64,000 bases of DNA, taken from positions 1,149 to 65,148 of the forward strand of contig CALXGR010000005.1 of assembly GCA_944387885.1 (NCBI GenBank), written 5' to 3'. The notes below the pieces were generated by a model. It was not told the DNA's origin, made no database searches, and saw only the letters and a list, made by a program, of their open reading frames with translations. This DNA comes from an uncultured Clostridia bacterium. Lineage in GTDB: Bacteria; Bacillota; Clostridia; Oscillospirales; Ruminococcaceae. The position numbers were made by a program, and so were the translations under genes. Below are positions 10,297-18,048 of this stretch, one piece after another (within the stretch, counting starts at the first letter, position 1; every line of letters begins with the position of its first letter).

Positions 10297-10338
10297 ATTC
10301 CTCTCCCCCTTCAGTATTGAATTTTTCATTCTTTTATT

Positions 10339-10354
10339 ATAGCACATATTTTGC
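10339..10354. promoter_or_regulatory. second copy of the 16-mer ATAGCACATATTTTGC in the AraC / GH28 divergent intergenic region
   Basis: Exact match to 5716-5731. The palindrome TTTGCGCAAA follows about 15 nt downstream. Confidence 0.4.
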
Positions 10355-10406
10355 AGTATTGCATCATCATTTGCGCAAAATTGATTCGTTTTTCAAGGAG
10401 GCACCT

Positions 10407-11963
10407 ATGTCCGTAACCCTGATCCGTTCTATGAGCCGCAGTGCTGTGTTTGAACTGGTCAACACCACCTGCTATTATTCCCCGGAACCTTTTGATGTTT
10501 TTCTCAACGGTTCTCCCGTTCTTACCGGCCAGACCACCAATGTGTTCAGTCTGTATGGTCTGGAACCTTCCTCCCGGTACTCTCTGGAAGTAAAAGGTTC
10601 CGGAATATCCGGCAATCTGGAATTCACCACTGCCGGGGAAAGCTTCTTTCTGGATGTAAAGCGGTTTGGGGCTGTGGGAGACGGAATCACCGACGACACC
10701 TCCAAACTCCAGGCCGCCCTTTCCTCCTGCCCTGCCGGAGGAACCGTCTACCTGGGCGCAGGCACCTACCGTTGTACCAGCCTGTTTTTGAAAAGCGGCA
10801 CCACCTTCTATCTGGACAAAGGGGCCACTATTCTAGGCGAGACTGACCGGACCAAATACCCTGTCCTGCCCGGGGTACTGCCCAGCGCCAACGAGGAAGA
10901 TGAATTCTACCTTACCGGCTGGGAGGGCAATCCCCTGGACAGCTTTGCCAGCCTGATCAATGTGATTGGCTGTGAGGATGTGGTCATCACCGGTCAGGGC
11001 GTTCTGGACGCCAATGCTCAGAATGGAGACTGGTGGGTAAATCCCAAGGTGAAGAACATTGCCTGGCGTCCCCGCACCTTTGCCACCAACACCAGCCGGC
11101 GGGTGGTGCTCCAGGGTGTGACCATTCAGAACAGCTACAGCTGGACCTGCCACCCCATGTACACCGACGACCTGGAAATTCTGGATATCAAGATCCGGAA
11201 CCATTCACAAAGCCCTAATACCGATGGAATCGACCCGGAGTCCTGCCGGAATGTAAAAATCATTGGTGCCGATATCCATGTGGGTGACGACTGCATTGCC
11301 CTGAAAAGCGGCAAGGTTTTCCTGGGCATGCGGTTAAAGCAACCTTGTGAGGAGGTAATTATCCGAAACTGCCTGCTGGACCGGGGCCATGGAAGTCTGG
11401 TCATTGGCAGCGAAATGAGCGGCGGAGTGAGAAATGTCACCGTCAGCCAGTGTTATATGAACCATACTGACCGGGGCCTGCGGATCAAGACCCGCCGCGG
11501 TCGGGGCAAGACCGCCATCATCGATGGGCTTATTTTCCGGAATGTGGTAATGGACCATGTGCTCACCCCCTTTGTCATCAATATGTTCTATTTCTGTGAC
11601 CCGGACGGCCACAGCGATTATGTCCAGTGCCATTCTCCTCTGCCGGTGGACGATTACACTCCCCGGCTGGGGACCCTGACCGTGCAGGATACGGTCTGCA
11701 CCGGGGCACAGTATGCTGGCTGCTTCTTCGCCGGGCTGCCTGAAATGCCGGTGGAGAAGGTAGTTCTGGAGAATGTGTCCATCGACTTTGACCCGGACGC
11801 CAAGCCCGGCTGTGCCGCCATGATGGATGGTCTGGAGGACATGAAAAAGGTGGCCCTTATGGCCGAGAATGTAAACTCCATTCATCTGAAAAATGTATCT
11901 ATCACCGGTTATGAGGGAGAAAAATACCGTCTTACCGATGTACCTGATTTTAAGGAGGATTAA
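10407..11963 (+). CDS. glycoside hydrolase family 28 (exo-polygalacturonase-like), no signal peptide
   Basis: Start moved to the ATG at 10407 (AGGAGG 7 nt upstream). GH28 catalytic motifs are present: NTDGIDP, GDDCIALKSG, RGHGSLVIG, RGLRIKT. A pectate-lyase-type beta-helix N-cap reads FGAVGDGITDDT. Confidence 0.9.
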   Translation: MSVTLIRSMSRSAVFELVNTTCYYSPEPFDVFLNGSPVLTGQTTNVFSLYGLEPSSRYSLEVKGSGISGNLEFTTAGESFFLDVKRFGAVGDGITDDTSKLQAALSSCPAGGTVYLGAGTYRCTSLFLKSGTTFYLDKGATILGETDRTKYPVLPGVLPSANEEDEFYLTGWEGNPLDSFASLINVIGCEDVVITGQGVLDANAQNGDWWVNPKVKNIAWRPRTFATNTSRRVVLQGVTIQNSYSWTCHPMYTDDLEILDIKIRNHSQSPNTDGIDPESCRNVKIIGADIHVGDDCIALKSGKVFLGMRLKQPCEEVIIRNCLLDRGHGSLVIGSEMSGGVRNVTVSQCYMNHTDRGLRIKTRRGRGKTAIIDGLIFRNVVMDHVLTPFVINMFYFCDPDGHSDYVQCHSPLPVDDYTPRLGTLTVQDTVCTGAQYAGCFFAGLPEMPVEKVVLENVSIDFDPDAKPGCAAMMDGLEDMKKVALMAENVNSIHLKNVSITGYEGEKYRLTDVPDFKED

Positions 11964-11966
11964 CCT

Positions 11967-13115
11967 ATGACACACCAGGAAATTCTGACCTTGCTGGGGG
12001 AGTATGTGGACTACCTCATTGCCAACTCCACCGCAGCCGCCCCCCTCTGGAATATTGAAAAGGTCCGCAGCGGCAGCCCCAACAAATGGAACTACATTGA
12101 CGGCTGCATGATCACCGCCTGCCTCAGCCTTTACAAGACCACCGGTGACAAGAAGTATCTGGACTTCAGCAAGGAGTTCATGGATTACTTTGTGAAAGAG
12201 GGCGGAGTCATTGAGACCTATGACCCCAAGGAATACAACCTGGACAATGTAAACCAGGGCAAAAACCTTTTCACCCTCTATGACCTGACCGGGGAGCAGA
12301 AATACCGGGATGCCATCGAGACCATTTACGGTCAGCTTCTCACCCATCCCCGGACCAAGGAGGGGAATTTCTGGCACAAGGACATCTACCCCTGGCAGGT
12401 CTGGCTGGACGGCACCTATATGGCCCAGCCCTTCTACATGGAGTATGAGACCCGGTTCAACAACATGAAGAACTGCATTGACAGCTACAAGCAGTTCATG
12501 AATGTGCGGAAGTATATGCGGGACTCCAAGACCGGCCTGTACTACCACGGCTATGACGAGAGCCGTCAGATGTACTGGGCCGACCCGGTCACCGGATGCA
12601 GCCCCAACTTCTGGCTCCGGGCCATGGGCTGGTTCCTGGTAGCCATGGTGGATGTGCTGGAGCGGATGGACGAGCAGATGTACAACGAGTACCGGGAGAT
12701 TCAGGCCATGCTGAAAGAAGCCGTGGAGGCCATGCTCCCCTGGCAGGATGAAGCCACCGGCATGTTCTGGCAGGTCATTGACAAACCCGGTATTGAAGGA
12801 AATTACCTGGAAGCCAGCGGTACCGCCCTCTTTGCATACGCTGTTCTCAAGGGGGTGCGGCTGGGTCTGCTGCCCAAGCGGATGGCTGTTTACGGGGAGA
12901 AGGCCTTCTATGGGGACTGTGACAAGTACCTGAGCAAAAACCCGGACGGCAGCCTGCAGCTGGACGGGATCTGCCTGGTAGCCGGCCTTGGCGGCAAGGA
13001 CCACCGGGACGGCAGCCTGGAATACTATTTCAGCGAGCCCATTGTCTGCAATGACGCCAAGGGTGTAGGCCCCCTGCTCCTGGCCTACACTGAAATCATC
13101 CAGCAGCAGAAATGA
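11967..13115 (+). CDS. GH105/GH88-type unsaturated rhamnogalacturonyl/glucuronyl hydrolase (YteR/YesR-like)
   Basis: 382 aa. Matches the alpha/alpha-barrel family by NKWNYIDGCMI...GNFWHKDIYPWQVWLDGTYMAQPF...NFWLRAMGW. The start is 3 nt after the GH28 stop. Confidence 0.85.
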   Translation: MTHQEILTLLGEYVDYLIANSTAAAPLWNIEKVRSGSPNKWNYIDGCMITACLSLYKTTGDKKYLDFSKEFMDYFVKEGGVIETYDPKEYNLDNVNQGKNLFTLYDLTGEQKYRDAIETIYGQLLTHPRTKEGNFWHKDIYPWQVWLDGTYMAQPFYMEYETRFNNMKNCIDSYKQFMNVRKYMRDSKTGLYYHGYDESRQMYWADPVTGCSPNFWLRAMGWFLVAMVDVLERMDEQMYNEYREIQAMLKEAVEAMLPWQDEATGMFWQVIDKPGIEGNYLEASGTALFAYAVLKGVRLGLLPKRMAVYGEKAFYGDCDKYLSKNPDGSLQLDGICLVAGLGGKDHRDGSLEYYFSEPIVCNDAKGVGPLLLAYTEIIQQQK

Positions 13116-14068
13116 GAGCGATCATATCCCCTTCTGGCCAGGGAGACTTTACCAGCCTTTCCCAGGCAGCCGCCGCCCTAAAGGACTGCAAGGAGCCTTT
13201 GGAACTGTATCTGGAAAACGGCCTTTATGAAGAACGGGTGTTCCTGGAATGGGAGGACTATACCCTGACTGGGGAAAGCCGGGACGGAGTGATTCTCACC
13301 GCCGGAGTGGGGGCTTACTATCCCCACCCCCAGGGCGGGAAAACCGGGACCTTCCGCACTGCCACCGCCTTCTTAGGGGGAGGCCGGTGCCGGGTGCAAA
13401 ACATGGCCATCCGGAACACAGCCGGGGACGGTGCCCAGGCAGGGCAGGCCCTGGCGGTCTATGCAGATGCCGCCCAGGTGTATATGGAGAATGTGGCGCT
13501 GCTGGGGAATCAGGACACCCTTTTTACCGCTCCCCTCCCCTTGCGGGAGCGGATTCCCGGCGGGTTCACCGGTCCCCGGAAGGACGCTCCCCGGCGGCCC
13601 TCCCGGCAGCTTTACCGGAACTGCCTGATTGCAGGCAATATTGATTTTATTTTCGGCGGGGCGGACAGCGTGTTCCAATGCTGTACCCTCCGTCCCCTGG
13701 CTCACCAGGAGGGGGTCTGCTACATAACCGCCCCCTCCACTCCCCAGGGCCAGGAGTTCGGGTATCTTTTTGACCGTTGCCGGGTGGACGGGAACTGCGT
13801 TCCCGGCCAGGTGTTTCTGGCCCGGCCCTGGCGGCGGTACGGCGCCGCCGGATTCCTGGACTGCACCTTCAGCAAAGAGGTCCATTCCCAGGTCTTCGAC
13901 CCCTGGGGTGACCCGGAGAACCGCCAGACCAGCCGGTTCTTCCTCTGGAACTGCACCGGGCCGGAGGGCAGTCTTTCCCCTGCCTTTGGACTGGAACCGG
14001 ATGAACGCCTGATTCAGTCCGCCCGGGAGCATATTGCCCGGCGGCTGGAATTGTTCCAGGTAAAATAA
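13112..14068 (+). CDS. pectinesterase (CE8), no signal peptide
   Basis: 318 aa. CE8 motifs are present: GQALAVYADA, LLGNQDTLF, IDFIFGG, LARPWR. The start overlaps the GH105 stop (ATGA). Confidence 0.9.
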   Translation: MRAIISPSGQGDFTSLSQAAAALKDCKEPLELYLENGLYEERVFLEWEDYTLTGESRDGVILTAGVGAYYPHPQGGKTGTFRTATAFLGGGRCRVQNMAIRNTAGDGAQAGQALAVYADAAQVYMENVALLGNQDTLFTAPLPLRERIPGGFTGPRKDAPRRPSRQLYRNCLIAGNIDFIFGGADSVFQCCTLRPLAHQEGVCYITAPSTPQGQEFGYLFDRCRVDGNCVPGQVFLARPWRRYGAAGFLDCTFSKEVHSQVFDPWGDPENRQTSRFFLWNCTGPEGSLSPAFGLEPDERLIQSAREHIARRLELFQVK

Positions 14069-14079
14069 TTCTGATTATA

Positions 14080-14125
14080 AAAAGAGCCCCCGCCCGGGTA
14101 ACCCGGACAGGGGCTCTTTTCTTTT
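14080..14125. terminator. bidirectional terminator between the pectinesterase gene and yccF
   Basis: AGAGCCCC...GGGGCTCT stem with an inner CCCGG/CCGGG stem. An A-run precedes it and TTTTCTTTTG follows. Confidence 0.75.
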
Positions 14126-14127
14126 GT

Positions 14128-14505
14128 TTATAAGTAGGGTTCCACCACCCTGGCCCCAAAGGGACAGAGGGCCAGCCGGGCGATTTTGAAGCACTGGAGC
14201 CCGAAGGGAATTCCAATGATGGTGCAGCAGAGGACCACACCGTTTACCAGAGCGGTAAGTGCCAGAGGAATTCCGCTGAGGATCATCCAGAACAGGTTTG
14301 CCACAAAGGAAAGCCCGTCCGGGGCAGGGTCATAATAGATTTCCTTCCCAAAGGGGAAAAAGATCAGCCCCGCCAGCTTAAAGCACTGCCGACCAATGGG
14401 GATTCCGATAATGGTGATGGACCAAAGGCAGCCCGCCACAAGCCAGGCCAGTCCCTGCCACAAACCTCCACAGATAAACCAGATAATATTTCCAAGACAA
14501 CCCAT
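14128..14505 (-). CDS. yccF: YccF-domain inner membrane protein
   Basis: Only the C-terminal 125 aa of the 263-aa track ORF look real. Start is the ATG at 14505 (MGCLGNIIWFICGG...), preceded by GGAAGGGGAGG. The duplicated YccF motif is present (IIGIPIGRQCFKLA and IIGIPFGLQCFKIA). Confidence 0.85.
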   Translation of the reverse strand: MGCLGNIIWFICGGLWQGLAWLVAGCLWSITIIGIPIGRQCFKLAGLIFFPFGKEIYYDPAPDGLSFVANLFWMILSGIPLALTALVNGVVLCCTIIGIPFGLQCFKIARLALCPFGARVVEPYL

Positions 14506-14624
14506 CTTTGATACCTCCCCTTCCTCTCTCAGGTTTTGTGATTCTACCATAAAACGAGAAAGCTGAGAAGAGCCTTTATCAAAAATTAAGAAAAATTCCA
14601 AAAAATGCAAGACATTTTTTACGC

Positions 14625-14652
14625 ACGGCGGATTTTTTGCCAGCTTCAAGTC
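14625..14652 (+). repeat. 28-nt direct repeat, copy 1 (ACGGCGGATTTTTTGCCAGCTTCAAGTC)
   Basis: 26/28 identical to 14795-14822. It is preceded by a small AT hairpin plus a T-run. Confidence 0.8.
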
Positions 14653-14689
14653 TTGGGAACGCTCGGCCGTCAGGTACAGAAAGAGGCCG

Positions 14690-14705
14690 GGATGAAGGGA
14701 CTTGA
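14690..14705 (-). repeat. direct partial copy of the tRNA-Leu 3' end (GGATGAAGGGACTTGA on the plus strand)
   Basis: Exact 16-nt match to 14881-14896 inside the intact tRNA-Leu, in the same orientation. Confidence 0.8.
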
Positions 14706-14794
14706 GAAATCTTTTGCTTCGCAAAAGCTTTCGTCTTTCGGGCACAGCCCTCAAGACACTCCGCCTAAAAACAGTCCACTGGACTGTTTTATTA

Positions 14795-14828
14795 ACGGCG
14801 GATTCTTTACCAGCTTCAAGTCCCTTCA
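14795..14828 (+). repeat. 28-nt direct repeat copy 2, ending in an inverted 14-nt copy of the tRNA-Leu T-arm/acceptor segment
   Basis: 14795-14822 matches 14625-14652. TTCAAGTCCCTTCA (14815-14828) is the reverse complement of 14884-14897. Confidence 0.8.
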
Positions 14829-14836
14829 AACCAACG

Positions 14837-14870
14837 AAAAGAGCCGGTCCCATAGGACCGGCTCTTTTCG
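14837..14870 (-). terminator. intrinsic terminator downstream of tRNA-Leu (symmetric, could act in both directions)
   Basis: GAGCCGGTCC-cata-GGACCGGCTC with AAAA/TTTT flanks. Confidence 0.8.
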
Positions 14871-14874
14871 TTGT

Positions 14875-14962
14875 TGGTGCGGATGAAGGGACTTGAACCC
14901 CCACGGCTTTAAGGGCCACTAGAACCTGAATCTAGCGCGTCTGCCAATTCCGCCACATCCGC
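14875..14962 (-). tRNA. tRNA-Leu (anticodon CAG), class II with long variable arm and encoded CCA
   Basis: The reverse complement reads GCGGATGTGGCGGAATTGGCAGACGCGCTAGATTCAGGTTCTAGTGGCCCTTAAAGCCGTGGGGGTTCAAGTCCCTTCATCCGCACCA. The acceptor stem GCGGATG/CATCCGC, the anticodon stem CTAGA/TCTAG with loop TTCAGGT, and the T-loop TTCAAGT were all folded by eye. Confidence 0.9.
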
Positions 14963-14998
14963 AGAACAGTATTTATTATAACCCAAATCCAGAAAATG

Positions 14999-16507
14999 TC
15001 AAGCCGTTTGAGAAGATTTTTTTGATTTTTTTATTTCTCCTACTGCCTTCCCTACCCCCATCACCCATACCAGGGGCAGATACAGGGCGCACCCCGCCCC
15101 GTACACAGCGATTTCTTCCCACAGGCTGGCAGGTTGGAGTTCCCTTGCCAGCAGCCAGGCGGCCAGCATGGAAACGCCCAGGCAAAATACAGGCCGGAAC
15201 ACCCAGTTCCACCACTCCATCCTCATCCGGGACACCACCAGCATGCGGTGAACATTGAGATAGCAGGTCATGCAATTGCTGGCCGCCATCATTACCAGGA
15301 AGCCCTTCATTCCAAACCGGGGCAGCAGCAATCCCACACAGATGATTCGGAGGATGCTGTCAATCAGGCTGTACCGGAACCCTGCCGCCTGCTCCCCCAG
15401 TCCGTTGAGGATTCCGTCAATCATCCCTTCCAGATACATAAAGGGGATCATGGGTCCCAGCGCCATAAGATAAATTCCCACCTGCGGGTCGTTGTAGAGC
15501 AGCTCTCCCACCTGTCTGCCGCAGAGGGTACAGGCTCCCCCTGCCAGAATACTGATGGCGCAGGTAAGTACCATGGTCCGGGAAATCAGCCGTTGGATGG
15601 TCCCATACTGCCGCCGGGTATAAGCCGCCGTGATTTCGGGCAGTAGCAAAGTGGACAGAGCCGCCAGAAAGCTGAAGGGAAACAGCACCACCGGCATAGC
15701 CATTCCCCTCAAGGCCCCGTACTCCCCTATGGCCTGGGTCCGGCTGCCCAGATAAAGGGTCAGGCAGATGGGCACCAGGGCGTTTTCCGCCGCATGAAGG
15801 GCGCTGGACAGGCACCGGTCCCCCTGCAAAGGGAGGATGATTTTCCAAATTTCCCGGTCATATTGGGCGGTTGGCTTCTCCCTGTAAGGCTGGTTCTTCC
15901 GGTAGCAAAGATACATGATACCACAGCTTATCCCTTCGCTGAGGCTGTTCCCCAGCATAACCCCTCCGCAGGCCACCCCCAGCCCCAGGGGAACAAGACG
16001 GTCCAGCAGCCAGAACACAACTCCCATCCGCAGAAGCTGCTCCACCATCTGGCTGAGCACATTGGGGACCACCTCCCGCCGTGCCAGAAAATACCCCCGC
16101 CAGACCGCCGCCATCCCCATAAAGGGAAGGCTGGGGGCCAGCAGCCGCAGGGAGAGGGCCGCTCTGGGGTCTCCCAGCCAGTATTCCGCCGCCGGTCCCG
16201 CCAGGGTCAGCTGGAGCAGTCCTGCCAGACTGCCCAGCCCCAGGCCAAAGAGGGTGATTCGTCCCACAGCACCGGTAGGGTTTGTCTCCTGGTTTATAAG
16301 CCGGGCGGTCAGCCCTGCCGCCGCCACGCTCAGCCCCGCAGTAGCCAGGGAAACGCTCACATTGTAGAGGGTCAGCACCAGCTGGTAGACGCCCATTCCC
16401 TGGCTGCCCAGCTTGGCCGCCAGCACCACCCGGAACACCATACCCAAGGCCCGCAGAGCCAGTCCTGACCCGGTCAGCAGCAGGGCGTTTTTAAAGTATC
16501 GGTTCAT
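14999..16507 (-). CDS. spoVB: MOP-superfamily polysaccharide/lipid II flippase, SpoVB-like
   Basis: About 502 aa and about 14 TM helices. The N-terminus NRYFKNALLLTGSGLALRALGMVFRVVLAAKLGSQGMGVYQL is typical of SpoVB/MurJ-like proteins. I prefer the ATG at 16507 (AGGGGG 7 nt upstream) over the GTG at 16513. Confidence 0.75.
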   Translation of the reverse strand: MNRYFKNALLLTGSGLALRALGMVFRVVLAAKLGSQGMGVYQLVLTLYNVSVSLATAGLSVAAAGLTARLINQETNPTGAVGRITLFGLGLGSLAGLLQLTLAGPAAEYWLGDPRAALSLRLLAPSLPFMGMAAVWRGYFLARREVVPNVLSQMVEQLLRMGVVFWLLDRLVPLGLGVACGGVMLGNSLSEGISCGIMYLCYRKNQPYREKPTAQYDREIWKIILPLQGDRCLSSALHAAENALVPICLTLYLGSRTQAIGEYGALRGMAMPVVLFPFSFLAALSTLLLPEITAAYTRRQYGTIQRLISRTMVLTCAISILAGGACTLCGRQVGELLYNDPQVGIYLMALGPMIPFMYLEGMIDGILNGLGEQAAGFRYSLIDSILRIICVGLLLPRFGMKGFLVMMAASNCMTCYLNVHRMLVVSRMRMEWWNWVFRPVFCLGVSMLAAWLLARELQPASLWEEIAVYGAGCALYLPLVWVMGVGKAVGEIKKSKKSSQTA

Positions 16508-16564
16508 TTGCACACCCCCTGTTTTTCCATACAGCCTATGCGGTTCAACCGGTCAATTATACGG

Positions 16565-16593
16565 TTGTATCCAGGAGAAAATTGTGATACAAT
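16565..16593 (+). promoter_or_regulatory. sigma-A-like promoter of the mrp-mscL unit (TTGTAT-17-TACAAT with TG extension)
   Basis: TTGTAT at 16565-16570 and TGaTACAAT ending at 16593. Confidence 0.5.
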
Positions 16594-16651
16594 GAGGATT
16601 GCGAATGGAATCGCAGCCCCATACGGGGTTCATGCGAAAGGAGATAGAAGA

Positions 16652-17482
16652 ATGAGTCAAGAATGTAATCACGATTGCAGCAGCTGCTCTGCCAACTGCT
16701 CCAGCCGTACCTCCGGCGCTCCCGCCAAGGAAGCTCCTCACGCCAAGAGCCGTATCAGCAAGGTCATCGGAGTTGTTTCCGGCAAGGGCGGTGTCGGCAA
16801 GAGCATGACCAGCGCCATGCTGGCTGTTGCCATGCGCCGCAAGGGCTACTCTGTAGGCATCCTGGACGGGGATATTACCGGTCCCAGCATTCCCAAGCTG
16901 TTTGGCATCCACGGCAAGGCCATGGCTGACCAGGACGGGATCTGGCCCATCCAGAGCCGCACCGGAATCCAGGTCATGAGCATCAACCTGCTGCTGGACA
17001 ATGAGGAGGACCCCGTTGTATGGCGCGGTCCCGTCATTGCCGGGGCAGTCAAGCAGTTCTGGCAGGATGTTATCTGGCAGGATGTGGATTTCATGTTTGT
17101 GGATATGCCTCCGGGAACCGGCGATGTTCCCCTGACCGTATTCCAGAGCCTGCCGGTTGACGGGATCATTGTGGTTGCCAGCCCTCAGGAACTGGTCAGC
17201 ATGATCGTTTCCAAGGCCGTCAACATGGCCCAGATGATGAACGTGCCTATTCTGGGCATTGTGGAGAACATGAGCTACTTCACCTGCCCTGACTGCGGCA
17301 AAAAGATTCAGATTTTCGGCGAGAGCCATGTGGACGAAATCGCTGCCAGCCACGGTTTGGAAGTTCTGGCCAAGGTTCCCATGGACCCCGCACTGGCCCA
17401 GGCTGCAGACACTGGCATGATCGAGACCTACCCTGCCGAGCCTCTGGCCCAGGCTGCGGACAAGATTGCCACCCTACTGTAA
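16652..17482 (+). CDS. Mrp/NBP35/ApbC family Fe-S cluster carrier ATPase
   Basis: Start moved to the ATG at 16652 (AAAGGAG upstream). Cys-rich N-terminus CNHDCSSCSANC, deviant Walker A GKGGVGKS, and a CPDC motif. Confidence 0.9.
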   Translation: MSQECNHDCSSCSANCSSRTSGAPAKEAPHAKSRISKVIGVVSGKGGVGKSMTSAMLAVAMRRKGYSVGILDGDITGPSIPKLFGIHGKAMADQDGIWPIQSRTGIQVMSINLLLDNEEDPVVWRGPVIAGAVKQFWQDVIWQDVDFMFVDMPPGTGDVPLTVFQSLPVDGIIVVASPQELVSMIVSKAVNMAQMMNVPILGIVENMSYFTCPDCGKKIQIFGESHVDEIAASHGLEVLAKVPMDPALAQAADTGMIETYPAEPLAQAADKIATLL

Positions 17483-17494
17483 GGAAATCCCGTT

Positions 17495-17905
17495 ATGAAA
17501 AGTTTTATGAATGAATTCAAGAAGTTTGCTCTCCGGGGCAATCTTCTGGACATGGCCGTAGGCGTTGTGGTGGGCGGTGCCTTTACCAGCATTGCCAACA
17601 GCCTGGTAGCCGACATTCTCATGCCCCTCATCGGTCTGTTTACCGGGGGAATCGACTTTACCAGCTTTTCCATCACCCTGGGGCTGGGAGAGAATGCCGC
17701 CCAGATCACCTACGGCAACTTCCTGCAGAATGTGATCACTTTCCTGATCACCGCCTTTGCAGTATTTCTCATGGTCAAGGCCATCAATAAATTCCAGGAA
17801 GCCGCCCGCCGGGACAAGGCCGCAGAGGCCGCCAAAGCCGCTCCCAAAGGCCCCACCACCGAGCAGCTTCTCACCGAGATTCTGGCCGAGCTCAAGCGCC
17901 GGTAA
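17495..17905 (+). CDS. mscL: large-conductance mechanosensitive channel
   Basis: 136 aa. FKKFALRGNLLDMAVGVVVGGAFTSIANSLVADILMPLIG is the canonical MscL TM1 region. Confidence 0.95.
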   Translation: MKSFMNEFKKFALRGNLLDMAVGVVVGGAFTSIANSLVADILMPLIGLFTGGIDFTSFSITLGLGENAAQITYGNFLQNVITFLITAFAVFLMVKAINKFQEAARRDKAAEAAKAAPKGPTTEQLLTEILAELKRR

Positions 17906-17922
17906 GGTGCAAACTTTTCCGG

Positions 17923-17951
17923 TTGCATTTCCGGGGAATATATAGTATACT
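17923..17951 (+). promoter_or_regulatory. sigma-A-like promoter of gltBD (TTGCAT-17-TATACT)
   Basis: TTGCAT at 17923-17928 and TATACT at 17946-17951. Confidence 0.5.
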
Positions 17952-17968
17952 GAATCTGTTGGAACAAT

Positions 17969-18020
17969 GGCGTTCCCGGACCGTGCGGAGTCTGTCTCCC
18001 GGCCTGGGAGCGCCTTTTTT
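17969..18020 (+). terminator. terminator-like hairpin plus T6 inside the predicted gltB 5' leader (candidate attenuator; alternatively the mscL terminator)
   Basis: GGCGTTCCCGG (17969-17979) pairs with CCTGGGAGCGCC (18003-18014) and is followed by TTTTTT. It lies 29 nt before the gltB ATG and downstream of the predicted promoter. Confidence 0.5.
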
Positions 18021-18048
18021 CATTACATACGAAACGAGGGATAAGGCT

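Noticed and set aside
14506-14919. N-terminal 138-aa extension of the yccF ORF (track ORF 14128-14919).
   Set aside because: The extension runs through the repeat and terminator region and into the tRNA-Leu gene. It has no RBS and is not hydrophobic like YccF. A good RBS and ATG sit at 14505.
17958-18020. Glutamine riboswitch or ANTAR dual-hairpin target in the gltB leader.
   Set aside because: I found no match to the glnA-RNA E-loop/pseudoknot core as I remember it, and no pair of hairpins with hexaloops. Only a plain terminator-like hairpin is supportable.
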